This document shows positions 38,150 through 49,749 of a stretch of 64,000 bases of DNA, in pieces. The position numbers and the translations under genes are program-made. Under the pieces are notes generated by a model. That model was not told where the DNA came from, did not search any database, and saw nothing but the letters and a program-made list of their open reading frames with translations. This DNA is from Fistulifera solaris (Eukaryota): the NCBI GenBank assembly GCA_030295235.1, contig AP026126.1, positions 62,001 to 126,000 of the forward strand, in the 5' to 3' direction. Position 1 is the first letter of the stretch. Each line of letters opens with the position of its first letter.

Positions 38150-39105
38150 TTAAAACACACCCAACGCGGTCGTTACGGCAAATACCAAGAACAAGGTCCC
38201 CCCGATAATCCCAATGACTCGTTCACTAATGTACTTGGCCAAGTACGATCCACCCGCAACGGCAATGCCCGTGGCCAACGCATGCGCAGCAATAGCGCCT
38301 CCGCAGACACTGACCGGATTCTGTGCGGCACTCAACGCAATCGTACTCAAAAACGAGCGATCACCAAATTCCGCCGCAAAGACCAAACCAAAGATACTCG
38401 CTACTTGTCCCAACCGCGACGCGGACAAGAGTGACGTTTGTTCTTGTACGGTTTCTTCCGCTTCCGCGAGTTCTTCGTCCATGGCACTGGGTGCACCCGG
38501 TTCCATGGCGAGCGCGTCTTGCAATGTTTTGATCCCAAAAAGGCAAAGGCCGCAATGGCAGCAACATCATCCAAGGGTATTTGTCCTCCTCCGAAGCTCG
38601 GCATGACGTGAAAGACTTGCCCAATTAAAACACTCAACACGGTCATGACCGCCAGTGCCCCCACGGATCCGACAAAACTAATCCACCGACCCAATTTCAT
38701 GCCCAACAATCCAGCCACAAAGAATGTTTTGTCACCAATTTCACTCAAAAAGACTAAAGTGAAGGCTTGATAAAATCCTGTTTCCGTCAGACTGCTCCAC
38801 CAAGCGGATGACGTGAGTGAGGGCGCGGCGTGGGCGGCGGCCGGGAAGAACGAAGCGGCCGTCAGGAATACAGCGGCTGTCGTTGCGGCTGTCGTTGAAG
38901 AATTCCAGATGGATGATGATGTTTCTTTCTTTGAGTTGGTACATTCCATTCGTTTTTGGTGTGCCGATAATGATAATTGTGTTGTGGAAAGAATGATGGC
39001 AGGACGTGTCGGTCGTCGCAACGAGTGGTGTCTCAGTGAGGGGGCTTGAAATGCCCCTGCTGACCCCACAAAAAGGAGCAGTAACAATTGATAGCAGTTA
39101 TACAT
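38150..39105 (-). CDS. GDT1/UPF0016 (TMEM165/PAM71-like) Ca2+/Mn2+ transporter, plastid-targeted
   Basis: Two family signatures EIGDKT and EFGDRS with flanking helices; leader ...SAGA-FQAP (ASAFAP-like); one frameshift near 38537. Confidence 0.92.
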
Positions 39106-39462
39106 GTTCAATAGACGAATATCGTTGTGTTGATTGATGTATATCTATATCTTGTTCTGTAAGCCACAGCAGGTTTATAGATGCATCGAGAACCTTGCTT
39201 GTCGATCAAAAAATAATAATGATGGGTAAAGGTTGTGCCGACTTGACTGACGTTTTTGTGGCTGGATCGGCGTATCATCTACAGTCTTGCCGTCGATCGT
39301 ACACATTCAGAAGCCGACATACAGACAGGCGATGTGACGTCATCCCCATGTTTCAACCGCCAACCGCCGCGCTTGATGATGATCGATCGCTGACTTAATC
39401 CAACAATAACCCATTGTTTTTCTTGTATTCGCTCCAATTTACTTTTTTTCAAAAACACAATC

Positions 39463-40461
39463 ATGGTACAAATGCTTTCATCACAAACCTTCTGTCGAAT
39501 TCGAATGCTGACACGACGACGACGACGACGACGATGGACTTCCACTACCACAACAGCGCCCACCGTGCAATATCTCGATTTGACTGGCTTGTCCATTTTA
39601 GAACGATTGGTATTGGAAGAATATGTTTACCAGACACAGACACAATGTAACTGGGTCTTGATTGGGACTCATGGATTGCAGTCTACTTTAGAGGAATCTT
39701 CTCCGTGGTCTCTGGCTTCTTCCTTCCTTCATTCATCCCGAGACGCCGCCATTGTATTAGGAATTGGCGGAAAGATTCCGGAATTGTTGTACACCAAACC
39801 CGTGCAAGACGATCAGATACCCGTCATTCGTCGTTTTTCTGGTGGTGGAACTGTCTTGATGAATGGCGATTGTATATGGACAACCTTGATGGGACGTGAT
39901 TTTCCGACACGACCTTTTTATCCAAGGCCTTTGATGGAATACACGGCGACTCATTTCTTTCATCCCCTCTTTACGCGACTTCAATCCTATCAACAGCTGA
40001 AACAACAACAATCGAATGATCATCATTCAAGCACCACCATCACCACCGATAACTTGTTTTCCTTACGCGAACACGATTATGTGTGGGACAAGGACTCGAA
40101 AATTGCCGGCAACGCCCAGAGCATTGGGAAAACTGGGTGGTTGCACCATACAAGTTTCTTGTGGCAGATTCCGTCCGGTATGAGTCGGTATTTGCGGTTA
40201 CCGGCGAAGCGACCGGAATATCGGGCTTCCCGGCCGCACGAAGACTTTGTGCGGGCCTTGTCACAGATCTTTCCGCATTTGACGGTGGATGATTTTCGAC
40301 GGGCATTCCGCGAAACAAGTCAGACAGTGTATTCTGTGGAGTCGTCGTGTGTATTATCTGAATTGCAAGAGGAATATCTGTTGCCAGTAGTTGTTCCAGA
40401 AGGTGGGTTGCGACAGTGGTATCAAACGAAAAGTCGAACCAAAGTGATGACCCAATTTTGA
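39463..40461 (+). CDS. Lipoate-protein ligase A / lipoyltransferase family
   Basis: VIRRFSGGGTV, KIAGNAQ, LHHTSFL and P..RPEYR..R.H.DF motifs; Arg-rich N-terminus (possible mitochondrial leader). Confidence 0.9.
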   Translation: MVQMLSSQTFCRIRMLTRRRRRRRWTSTTTTAPTVQYLDLTGLSILERLVLEEYVYQTQTQCNWVLIGTHGLQSTLEESSPWSLASSFLHSSRDAAIVLGIGGKIPELLYTKPVQDDQIPVIRRFSGGGTVLMNGDCIWTTLMGRDFPTRPFYPRPLMEYTATHFFHPLFTRLQSYQQLKQQQSNDHHSSTTITTDNLFSLREHDYVWDKDSKIAGNAQSIGKTGWLHHTSFLWQIPSGMSRYLRLPAKRPEYRASRPHEDFVRALSQIFPHLTVDDFRRAFRETSQTVYSVESSCVLSELQEEYLLPVVVPEGGLRQWYQTKSRTKVMTQF

Positions 40462-40782
40462 GGTGATTTATCTTTTGATGGAAACGTATGGTAGCTTGTT
40501 ACATGATTCAGATGAAAATCTGGTTAAGACTCACTGTATCTATCGCATCACCTAGCGAAAGGAATACAAAAGGCAGAAATCATGATAAAATTATTGAGAA
40601 AATAAAACCAGGCGAAATCTTAGTCGTGTACCGCTAGGACATCGGCATTGCCTACTACTCCGTACTGTATTACGGACAGTATTTTATTGTCAGCGCGCCG
40701 TCTGCAAGGCAAAGACGCGATGATGCCAAGATAATCAAAATCATATCTATCGGTGCTAATACAAACTCTTTAGTGTTAAGAA

Positions 40783-41454
40783 ATGTGGTGCGGCGGCAGC
40801 TTACTTTGGGTAACAGCGTGGCTTGTATCCCACTCATCCATTCGTCATGACGAAAAAGTACCAACCAAGCAATTTGCCTTTAACGAACTGCTGGAAGAAG
40901 ACGATCCTTTACGACGACGAACGATGCAATCGTTCATGACTGCTTTACTAGGAATGAATGCATGGGTTAAAGCGTCTCAGCAAACCACTGCTATGGATGA
41001 TTCACTGCTAGATGATAGTGCACGAATGCCCTCACTGTTTACCCGACAGGTCAGCCATCCTTTTTCGTGCGAATACACCATTCAGCCACCCGATCAAGCA
41101 ACAATTACCCGGAATAGTCCTCATCAAGTGCAATGGACGTCGCACGACGACGAAAGTTGGCAGCTCGACTTAGTTTTTAGTCATTTGCCCAGTGCCGATG
41201 TCTCGTGGAACGACTTGGTTCACAATCGCTTATTGCAGGTGCAACACGAGGAACAATGTTTCGTGACTTGTCGCGAAGAACCCTTCGACCTTCGTCACAT
41301 GTCCTGGAGCTTGCTTACGTCACCACGCATCAACCTTTGCATCTGGGAAAGCGACAAGAGTGGAAAACTCGCCTGCACTGGAATAAGAATGTTCTTCTAT
41401 CGACACACTGTCACGGTTCAAATCTTCCAGAACGATCCGTTTCGGCTGTTCTAG
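40783..41454 (+). CDS. Hypothetical protein with N-terminal hydrophobic segment
   Basis: 223-aa ATG ORF; no recognised domain. Confidence 0.5.
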   Translation: MWCGGSLLWVTAWLVSHSSIRHDEKVPTKQFAFNELLEEDDPLRRRTMQSFMTALLGMNAWVKASQQTTAMDDSLLDDSARMPSLFTRQVSHPFSCEYTIQPPDQATITRNSPHQVQWTSHDDESWQLDLVFSHLPSADVSWNDLVHNRLLQVQHEEQCFVTCREEPFDLRHMSWSLLTSPRINLCIWESDKSGKLACTGIRMFFYRHTVTVQIFQNDPFRLF

Positions 41455-42582
41455 ATTCTATCGTGCTGAAATGTTTGTAGGTTTTATTCTGAAATAGCTA
41501 TATCATCATCACCACGAACGACCCGCCGATGTTCGAAAAAAGCTTTTCGAAACATGAATCAATCACAACTCACAACATTTTGGCAATCATTGACTACTCG
41601 GAGTGTTACTTGTCAGTTCAATGGTTTTTTGACAAGACAATGATGGGAAGAGTCTCATTAAAACTCAGCAGCTTTCTGTGATTCACGATAAAGTCCTTAC
41701 CAGTTGGTCGTTTCAACCATAACCTAGGATCGACAAGAACACGAGGACCTATTTTTCCATAATTAAGCCATAGGCGTCCCAGGTCCCAGTGATTCCATGT
41801 GGAATTTAACAAGCAGCAATTCGGAATTGGTGTCGAAGTTCCATTATTTCCTGTCAATCTTAGAGGTTCGCTACGAAAACGCTAGTCAGGACTTCGACCT
41901 AAGCCTATAGCCAAGGATGTTAGGATCAGGGAATAAAATTAACTTTATTCCAAGTAGTTCGATGCAAGTTTGTTTTTCCATTTACTCTAGTTTAAGTAGT
42001 AGTCAGAGAAAATCAGGCGTGGGAGGGCTGGAGTCTTCTGTAAGCTCATTTTTCGAAGTGCCCATAAATCTGATATTGACTGTGCCGGTTATAAATGTCT
42101 TTTTTCGCTTCGGGGCCCACTTTCGAAAAGATACTCAGCATGTCTGTTTCCAAGAACCTGTCATTGTGCGTTGGATTGCAATAATTTCTTCGCAGTTTCC
42201 GTTTCAAGAAGTCTTTTGTTGGTCTTTTGGGTCATTTAACGCAACACGATCTGCAGAATTTGAAGCCGAGTCTTGGTGGGATCGTACAGAATAGCTTAGT
42301 GATGGGTGACGAGCGACACACGATTCTTGCTTTTTTCACTGACCCAACTGGATTTAAATTTATAGCTAATATACCTAGGATAAGTGCGCGCCAGACCTGT
42401 GCCCCTTCTCCGTGCTGCTTCCATGCATGACCGGATTTCGCTGGAAGTTGGACGGGCGCGCCGCGGTCCCACGTTTGCGTGGCCTTCCGCCCATTTTTGG
42501 GACAAGTCTCTTACATTTTTCTATTTTCGCAATCCATCTCACGATTTCTCGTTCGCCCAAAATTACCTCTCCTATTTCTCCC

Positions 42583-43059
42583 ATGGAATCATCACAAACG
42601 GCAATGCCATCACGGAAAAACTCATTATCATTAGAAACAATTGACGGCAGTCACACAAACTTGACACACAACATGACATTACCAATCCCGTTCATGCGAC
42701 GAACATCCACCAATTCAACTCTCTCCTCCATGGTATCGTCCTTGTCGTTACAAATATTAGACGACGAAATGATTGAATCTCCATCGAAAAAGCAAGGCTT
42801 GCGAAGAAAAGAAAACCCCAACGCGGTATTACCTCCTCGATCACCTTCCAAGGCTGTTCGATGGAGTGACTTGTCATCATCTTCACTGCGCTACAACGAT
42901 CGATGGTCGTCTGATTTTGACATGGATGTTTGCCCCAAACGGCCTCGAAGGTCTCCGGAAGCATCTTCTTTACCGACGACACCACCACCACAAAGGAAAT
43001 CACTGTGGAGCGTGGCGACCCAAAGTCTGTTGCAAGTCCTCACAACCTCCGACAAGTGA
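42583..43059 (+). CDS. Hypothetical small Ser/Pro/Arg-rich protein
   Basis: ATG at 42583 opens about 158 aa of low-complexity sequence with RW and P.RP.R motifs. Confidence 0.5.
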   Translation: MESSQTAMPSRKNSLSLETIDGSHTNLTHNMTLPIPFMRRTSTNSTLSSMVSSLSLQILDDEMIESPSKKQGLRRKENPNAVLPPRSPSKAVRWSDLSSSSLRYNDRWSSDFDMDVCPKRPRRSPEASSLPTTPPPQRKSLWSVATQSLLQVLTTSDK

Positions 43060-43876
43060 TCACAAAATCTCTTCTTCCTCCTTCCTTATAATAGACTCTT
43101 CATGATGTGTATCTAAAAATTTATAAGCAGTTTTGGTTCATGTTATTCACTGTATCTATTTTTGAATAAATCTACAGTTATGCACATCTCGAGCTCCCTC
43201 TAGAGTTCAACACTCGCATCTCAATTCAAGTATTCCTTCTATCTTGAAGGTAATTGATGGTTGATAATTGTTGATCCTTCGTATGTTTCAGTCCTACATT
43301 TCTCTTCCTTCATTCCTTGTGATTTTTTCATTCGATCGAGTATGGAGTGCGTGGATGTCTGCTTCGGCACGATTCCCACCGTCGTGTTTCACGAAGGCAC
43401 GAGGAGTAGTCGTCGTCGTCGTCAGTCGTCTCGTGCCTTCGACGAAAAGTCCAAAGGGTTGAGGTTAGGGACATTTGGGCGTTACAGATCAGTATCGACG
43501 AAAAGGTACAAGTGACTTTTGGGTGGCCTTCCCGCCGGCCTTTTTATTGCAATCGACAGCGCGAGGAGCTTTTATTGCGACGTTGTTGTTGCTGTGCAAA
43601 AGGATTGTAAATTACTCTGTTGCGTCCTTTGCTTGGCTTTCATTTCAGCTTTACTCTCTCATCCGTAAAAAGAAAGACAATTAACTGATTTTGCGGGTTT
43701 CTTTCGAAAGTACTGCAATTATTCGTGAACGAACTATTGCTTTCATTTTAACGCACCTCGCCGTTTCCGTTTCGCTCCGTGACCGTCCGTTTCTTTACAA
43801 GAATCTTCATTTTGACAACACGCTGCATTACATTACATTATAATCTTGTATCAATATCAATTTGCAAAAGTAAGGA

Positions 43877-45618
43877 ATGTCGGAAGCATCCACTCCGCGC
43901 GTTGCGGCGACCGTTCGATCGAAGAATCCTTTAAAAGGAGCCGTCGAAATTCTCCCGGTACGTCAAACGAATCTCCTTCGTTTCCGTTAGTCAGTTTTCT
44001 TGCCAGTACCTCTGAACTCGTCTTTCTCATATTCTCTGTTGTGTGATTATCACGTGATTTCTGTATCCCTGCGCTCGTTTGTTACGTTTCATTGACAGCA
44101 ACGACTCTATTATGCCGCATTAAAGACGCCGCCGCCGAGTCACAATATTCTCGCCTCCACGCCACGACGACACGACGATGGGAAGAAAGATCCCAAGAAA
44201 CAGATCCACTTTTTCAATATGGACAATGAACTCATTTACTGGAACTTCTTTCTCGATTTTGGGCCTCTCAATTTGGGACAATTGATTCGATTTTCGAACC
44301 GACTCAACGATAAATTGCGCAAGTTCCCCGTCGTTTGTTTTTATTCCACAACGTTACCGGCGAAACGAGCGAATGCAATTTTTCTCATTTCGGCGTGGCA
44401 AATGTTGTTTCTGGGACGCAGTCCTGAACAAGCGTATAAAGGCTTTGCCAAGACAATAACGAATAGTCCTCGGCATCGGAGTACTTCCCTAGTAACCTCG
44501 AATGTGTTTCCAGACACCGCCGCCACGTGCAGTCTACCGCCGGTGTCGGCAAGTCAAGGGGCGGTGACGATTGCGCCGTTGCCCAACTTCCACGATGCTT
44601 CGCCGTGTGAGTGTACGTTCGATATTACCGTCATGGATTGTTTGCATGGACTGGCGGCCGCCTTGACGCACGGGTTTTTTGATCTGGATACATTTGATGT
44701 CGATGAATACGAACACTTTGAACAAGTTGAGGTAAGTCTTGCAAGGATTGTGCTGCAAGCTTTGATTCGGGGGTTATTATGTCGCTCATCAGGCACTCTG
44801 TCTCTCTCGTTTTTCGCAGAACGGTGATTTGAATTGGCTATGCAAGGATCGAATTTTAGCCTTTGCGGGTCCATCCTACGAACGACACGTATCACCCGAA
44901 GGTTATTGCACATTAGCACCTGCGGACTACATTCCTTACTTTTTTAGAAAAGAAGGTTAGTTTAGTCGTTCGATTGAACAAGAAAGCGTATCACGAGGAA
45001 GACTTTGTCGAAGCCGGAATCAATCACGTGGAAGCCTTCTTTCTAGATGGTTCATGTCCTCCCATGTCCATTCTTCATGGTGTCGTAGAAGCCTTTGAAA
45101 GTGTTCCTGCTGATGAAGCATTTGCGGTGCACTGCAAAGCCGGTTTGGGACGCACCGGAACTTGCATCGGTGCGTATTTGATGAAACATTACCGCATGAC
45201 GGCCGTCGAGTGTATTGCCTGGATGCGCATTTGTCGTCCAGGATGTGTCATTGGTCCGCAACAAGAGTTTTTGGAAAAGATTCAGCCCATGTTTTGGCAA
45301 GAAGGGGAGGCGGCCGGATTAATTGAACGGCCGTTGGCTCTCGTTGCGGCGGATGACGATGACGACAAAGAAGAAACTAAAGAGCAAGAGGTAGTTGAAA
45401 CTACTGAAGAGACTCCTCCCATTACGAACGATGATGAGGAAGTGACGGGCCGCTCCGGGCAAGCGGAAGGTCTCTTAGCAGCCAGAACTCGACGAAACGG
45501 TAAATCATCGTCACCATCGACGACCCCTAGTCGCAAAGTTCAGCCGTTACCAGCACCGATTACACCGGAAAAATCGGTCGTTGCGGCCGAATCGAATGGG
45601 ACAACATTACGATGTTGA
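43877..45618 (+). CDS. CDC14: Cdc14 dual-specificity phosphatase
   Basis: FFLDFGPLNLG, FHDAS, YEHFEQVE|NGDLNW, AFAGP, F.DGSCP, catalytic VHCKAGLGRTG, W.RICRPG.VIGPQQ. Introns 43958-44098 and 44732-44819; homopolymer frameshift near 44945. Confidence 0.95.
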
Positions 45619-45796
45619 TGGCCCTTGTAAATGTATCACACAGGCGTTAACACAAAGCTATGGGTCTATGTTCAAAAGCAGAAATACAATGATATAAAGC
45701 ATATGAGACAAAATGGTATCTTTTATTCAAGCTCTGACGCTAATCTATCTTTGAGAGGCTGGTGTCAAAGGCATTAGCTTGTCTTATTGAGTCTGT

Positions 45797-46058
45797 TTAT
45801 TCTTGCGTAATTTCTCTGGAGATTTCTCGTTGTGGAAGCTCCGGAAGGACGTCCCACTGAATACTCGACAAGCTACTCCATCGGCTTTGGGGAGGGGCAA
45901 ACGTCACATGCTTCGTGCAGGAGTGTTTTCCGTCTCCTTTCCTGTTTGGTAGAGTCGAATAGCTGGTGTCTGTCGAGGAGGATGGAACTTCAGAGGAGGA
46001 GTCGGTGGTTTGATTCGATGAAGTTGAAGGTGGCGTCATAAGGGACAATATAGACATG
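45797..46058 (-). CDS. Hypothetical small Ser-rich protein
   Basis: Short ATG ORF (MSILSLM...RW...PELPQR), similar in composition to 42583-43059. Confidence 0.4.
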
Positions 46059-46412
46059 TTGCTGTTGATGATAGATATCCTAAGCGTTTCTCTTGTTGAA
46101 CAATCAAGCATTGATATTTGTGTTTGTTTGCGTGTGTGTGACCTGAATTTATGGATGAAACAACAACACAGATGATCGACAGGAAGAGCAAAGCAAAACG
46201 AAGAATGAGGAAAGAAATCGTGCCGAATTTATGGTTCCAGCATGGAAACGGGTTTACCAGGTACAGTTTACAGAAGTGTAACGTAAACGCCGTCCATAAG
46301 CAAAACACAAAAAGGGGACCGACAAACACCGCAGATGAGAAGATTTCCGTGTCGCCTCTTGTTGATGTTCGTCAGGATTCTTGTGAAGCGAAGAGTCGTC
46401 GTCGGTCGTCGT

Positions 46413-46675
46413 TATAGTTCGACACGCTCTAAAATAACAAATAACGAATACCGATATTCAAGTTATAATAACGTATTATATCAGAGCCATTTTTCCCAAT
46501 ATCGATATTTGTCGATATTGTACGCCTGACAGACGGATTTGTGGCATTTTACGCTAAAATGGCTGTATTTTGCGGGCGAAGACAGACGGTCGCCGATATT
46601 AATATCGGTTATTATATCGTATAATACGATATTGATATTCGTAAAAATCGAAATATCGATATTTGTCGAACTATA
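46413..46675. mobile_element. Putative MITE / non-autonomous TIR element (263 bp)
   Basis: Perfect 12-bp terminal inverted repeat TATAGTTCGACA (46413-46424) / TGTCGAACTATA (46664-46675); AT-rich interior with repeated CGATAT/ATATCG motifs; GTCGTC-type sequence on both flanks. Confidence 0.65.
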
Positions 46676-47489
46676 GTCGTCGTCTTTTACTCCGGAGTAG
46701 CATTTAGCATCGTATCAAGCTTAGTGTAAAGAAGACCAGTGTCAAGTTCAAAGTTCAAGGTATAACAATAAAGTAAGCGTCGCATCTTCGGCTTCGGGTC
46801 ATTTCCTCGCTGCTTCTTCTTCTTCTTCGCTCGATACCTGGTATGCAATATTTCAACATTTCAACGAAAAAATATGCAAATGAACGTCAAATTTGCATTC
46901 TGACTTGAGGAAATTAGGAATAAATATTAGTGTTTTATACGTAGTAGCAAGAAGCCTGTCGAGTTTCGACAAAATTACTCGATGCTGCTTCGAATTCCGA
47001 ATTCCAGACGCCGCACCAGTGGCTATTTTACGGATTAACCAGCGATTGGAATCGGCGTTAAATTTCTGCCTCGTCGTGGACAATATGTAGTCTCTAGCTA
47101 GAGAATTTTGTACTCGAGGCAGAATTTTAACGTCCCTCAGTCCCTCATCTTATTCCTGGCTGATAATCCACTCAAGATTTTACTCCGTATTACTTTTCAC
47201 AACTCAAACAAGCAGAGGGGGTCAAAGTCGCCGACGACCTTTCGGTAACATTCAAAAGCGGCGCTTTTTGTTACAATCAACGATATAACGAATGAAAAGG
47301 TAGGCTTGCATATCCATTGCCAGTGGGACAGTTAGTTCTTCTTTGCGTTCGACAATCAACCGCGTACATTTTTCGGAATAATAAAAAAGCGTCCACTCAT
47401 TTTTTGCGGAAAACGTGACAACTTTCATTATTTCATAATCCTCCATTATCCATTACTATATTTCGTTTAGAGCAAGCAGGTTCTATCGG

Positions 47490-48192
47490 CCGATTTCCTT
47501 TGGCAAAGATAGCATTCGCGTCAATGTGTATTATACAACTGGAAATGTCGGAACATGCTTGAATCATCCCTTCACTCACAGGAAAAACTCAACTGTTTCG
47601 CCGCAATGTGACGCTGCCCGAACTCAAACAATTGTTTCAAAATCCCCGTAAACACACGGGCAAAGGCTATTACCGCAAACACGTCGGACAAGCCTGGAGA
47701 AGCGGTGCCACGGTCGTGACAGACATGGCACGTCGATGGGAATATGTTGCCGATACGTCGGAATAATTACAACAATTCATGGATGACTTGTCAAAACGAT
47801 TGTTCGGTGCACAAAATGTGACCCCCGGACGTGCCACTGTTTCCGGTGATACTCGGCATTTTGTTTTATTGTTACTTTTGAAACAAGCCGTGACCGATGG
47901 TGCCATGGGAATGGTCACAATCGATGAATATACGACAATGAATTGTTCCGAGTGGTCGTTACAGACTCCCGCAGATTTGGATTTCACGGTCAACGGTATT
48001 CCGACGCCCAATGGTTTGCAATTGTACGATTTGTGGGAGATTCTACAAACTCATATCCCAAAACCCTTGCGTTTGGAACTATGTCACTGGTGTTTGGGAT
48101 TATTGGGCCATGTTTTGGTCATGGAACATCATCATCAATACTTTCAAGTCTTTCCCACGGCGGAAGCTGTCAAACTGGCACATGTTGGTTGA
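47490..48192 (+). pseudogene. Degenerate tandem paralog of the gene at 48688-49648
   Basis: ISF...RVNVYYTTGNVGTCLNHP (frameshift) GKTQLFRRNV...NPRKHTGKGY...DMARRWEYVA, then an in-frame TAA at 47764; no intact start. Confidence 0.75.
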
Positions 48193-48687
48193 CTATTCCA
48201 AGTCGTTTTATTCAAAACGACAATTGAAGTATCTGGATAAGACGTACGGTATTGTTTTGTAGAGGAAGGAACTTGTTCTTTGTAGCATTATTGAAGTGAG
48301 ATCATTACAAGCTGCGGGTCAAAAGTCAGATAATAAACGAGCATGAGATTGAGTAGATGGATGTGAAATCAACAAATAGTATGAGAAAGAATTACGATGA
48401 TTATCACCAGTAAGATAAGATGACAATATTGAGCGTTACGTTTCCGACTCGAGTCATGTCGTCACTCACGACTATGACGCGACTAGTGGTCGAAGAGCAG
48501 ACGAGCGCGCCAGTCCGCGCTTTTCGACTTCGACGAGCTTCGTGCGTCCACCGACGCTTGCCTTTACTATTATTTATTTACTTTATTTCGATCGCATCTG
48601 TTGTCGACTTTTCTTCTTGTGAAGGACTTTGCTTTGCGTTTCCTTTCCTCTTAGTTTTTTTTTGATAGAAAAACTACGTATTATCAT

Positions 48688-49648
48688 GTACGAGAAAACA
48701 AAGGCAGATGATTGGGTTTTCACACCCGATCAAGTCCGTGAAATTGCTGCACAACATGATTATCAAGAAATCTCTCTCAATGTAACCAGTCGCGTCATTT
48801 CCTTTCGTCAACAAACAACGCGCATAAACGTGTATTATACCACCGGTACTGTGAGTACCTGTTTGAATCATCCCGTCAAGGGCAAGACACAACTCTTTCG
48901 TCGTAATATTGTGACAACGGAACTGCTCGATGCTCTCTTTGACAATCCCCGGAAACATACGGGAGAAGGCTATTTTTATACACGCAAACAGGCGTCACAA
49001 GAATGGAAATGGATCGGCAGTAGTAAAAAGAAAAAACCCAACATGACTGATATGGCACGTCGGTGGGAATATGTGGCAACGGCAGCGAATCTTGTGGAAG
49101 ATGACAAACAGTTACTTCGTTTGACCAAAACCATGAATCAGATATCTCATCTCTTTTGGGATGCTGGTACTCTTCCCAGTTTGGAAGAAATGAATTACGC
49201 TTGTGGTTCCTTGACGGGTGTTGGTCTCATGGTGCAAAATGTTGCTCGAGAATATGGTACCGTGGGTCTTTGTCACTTGAAACAAGTCCGAAATTATATT
49301 ACACAAAACGATGGACGTCCTCCGCAATTTATCGAATTCGAATGTTTGAACGATTGTGAAAATGTACTGCCCTTTATGGAGGCCCATGCTCGTACGTTGC
49401 ACGAAATTGAACGTTCGTTGAAGGCTCTTCCTCTTATCTTGCGAAAAGAGGTATGCCAATGGCTGTTGGGTTTGAAAAAATGCGGTACGGTACTCGTTGA
49501 TAAAGATTATCATTATCATTTCAGCGAACAAGTGGTAGAGATGCACGAAGAGTATTCGCAATTATATTATGCCAAGAAACATTTGGCAAAAGTATGTCCA
49601 GTTCATGGTGTGGTTATGTTTGAGAAAGAAGACCACGATTCCGAATGA
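48688..49648 (+). CDS. Conserved hypothetical protein (N-terminal RINVYYTTGTV..CLNHP..GKTQLFRR..NPR.HTG.GY domain)
   Basis: Intact ORF of about 319 aa from ATG 48688; N-terminal domain conserved with the upstream paralog. Confidence 0.75.
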
Positions 49649-49749
49649 AAACGCGAAACGGCGCGAATGAACAACAAGGTATAACACATAGCTTCTCTAT
49701 CATTAGTTCATACTTTGTAGTCAAGCATTTCGTCGCGCGACCCTGGTAC

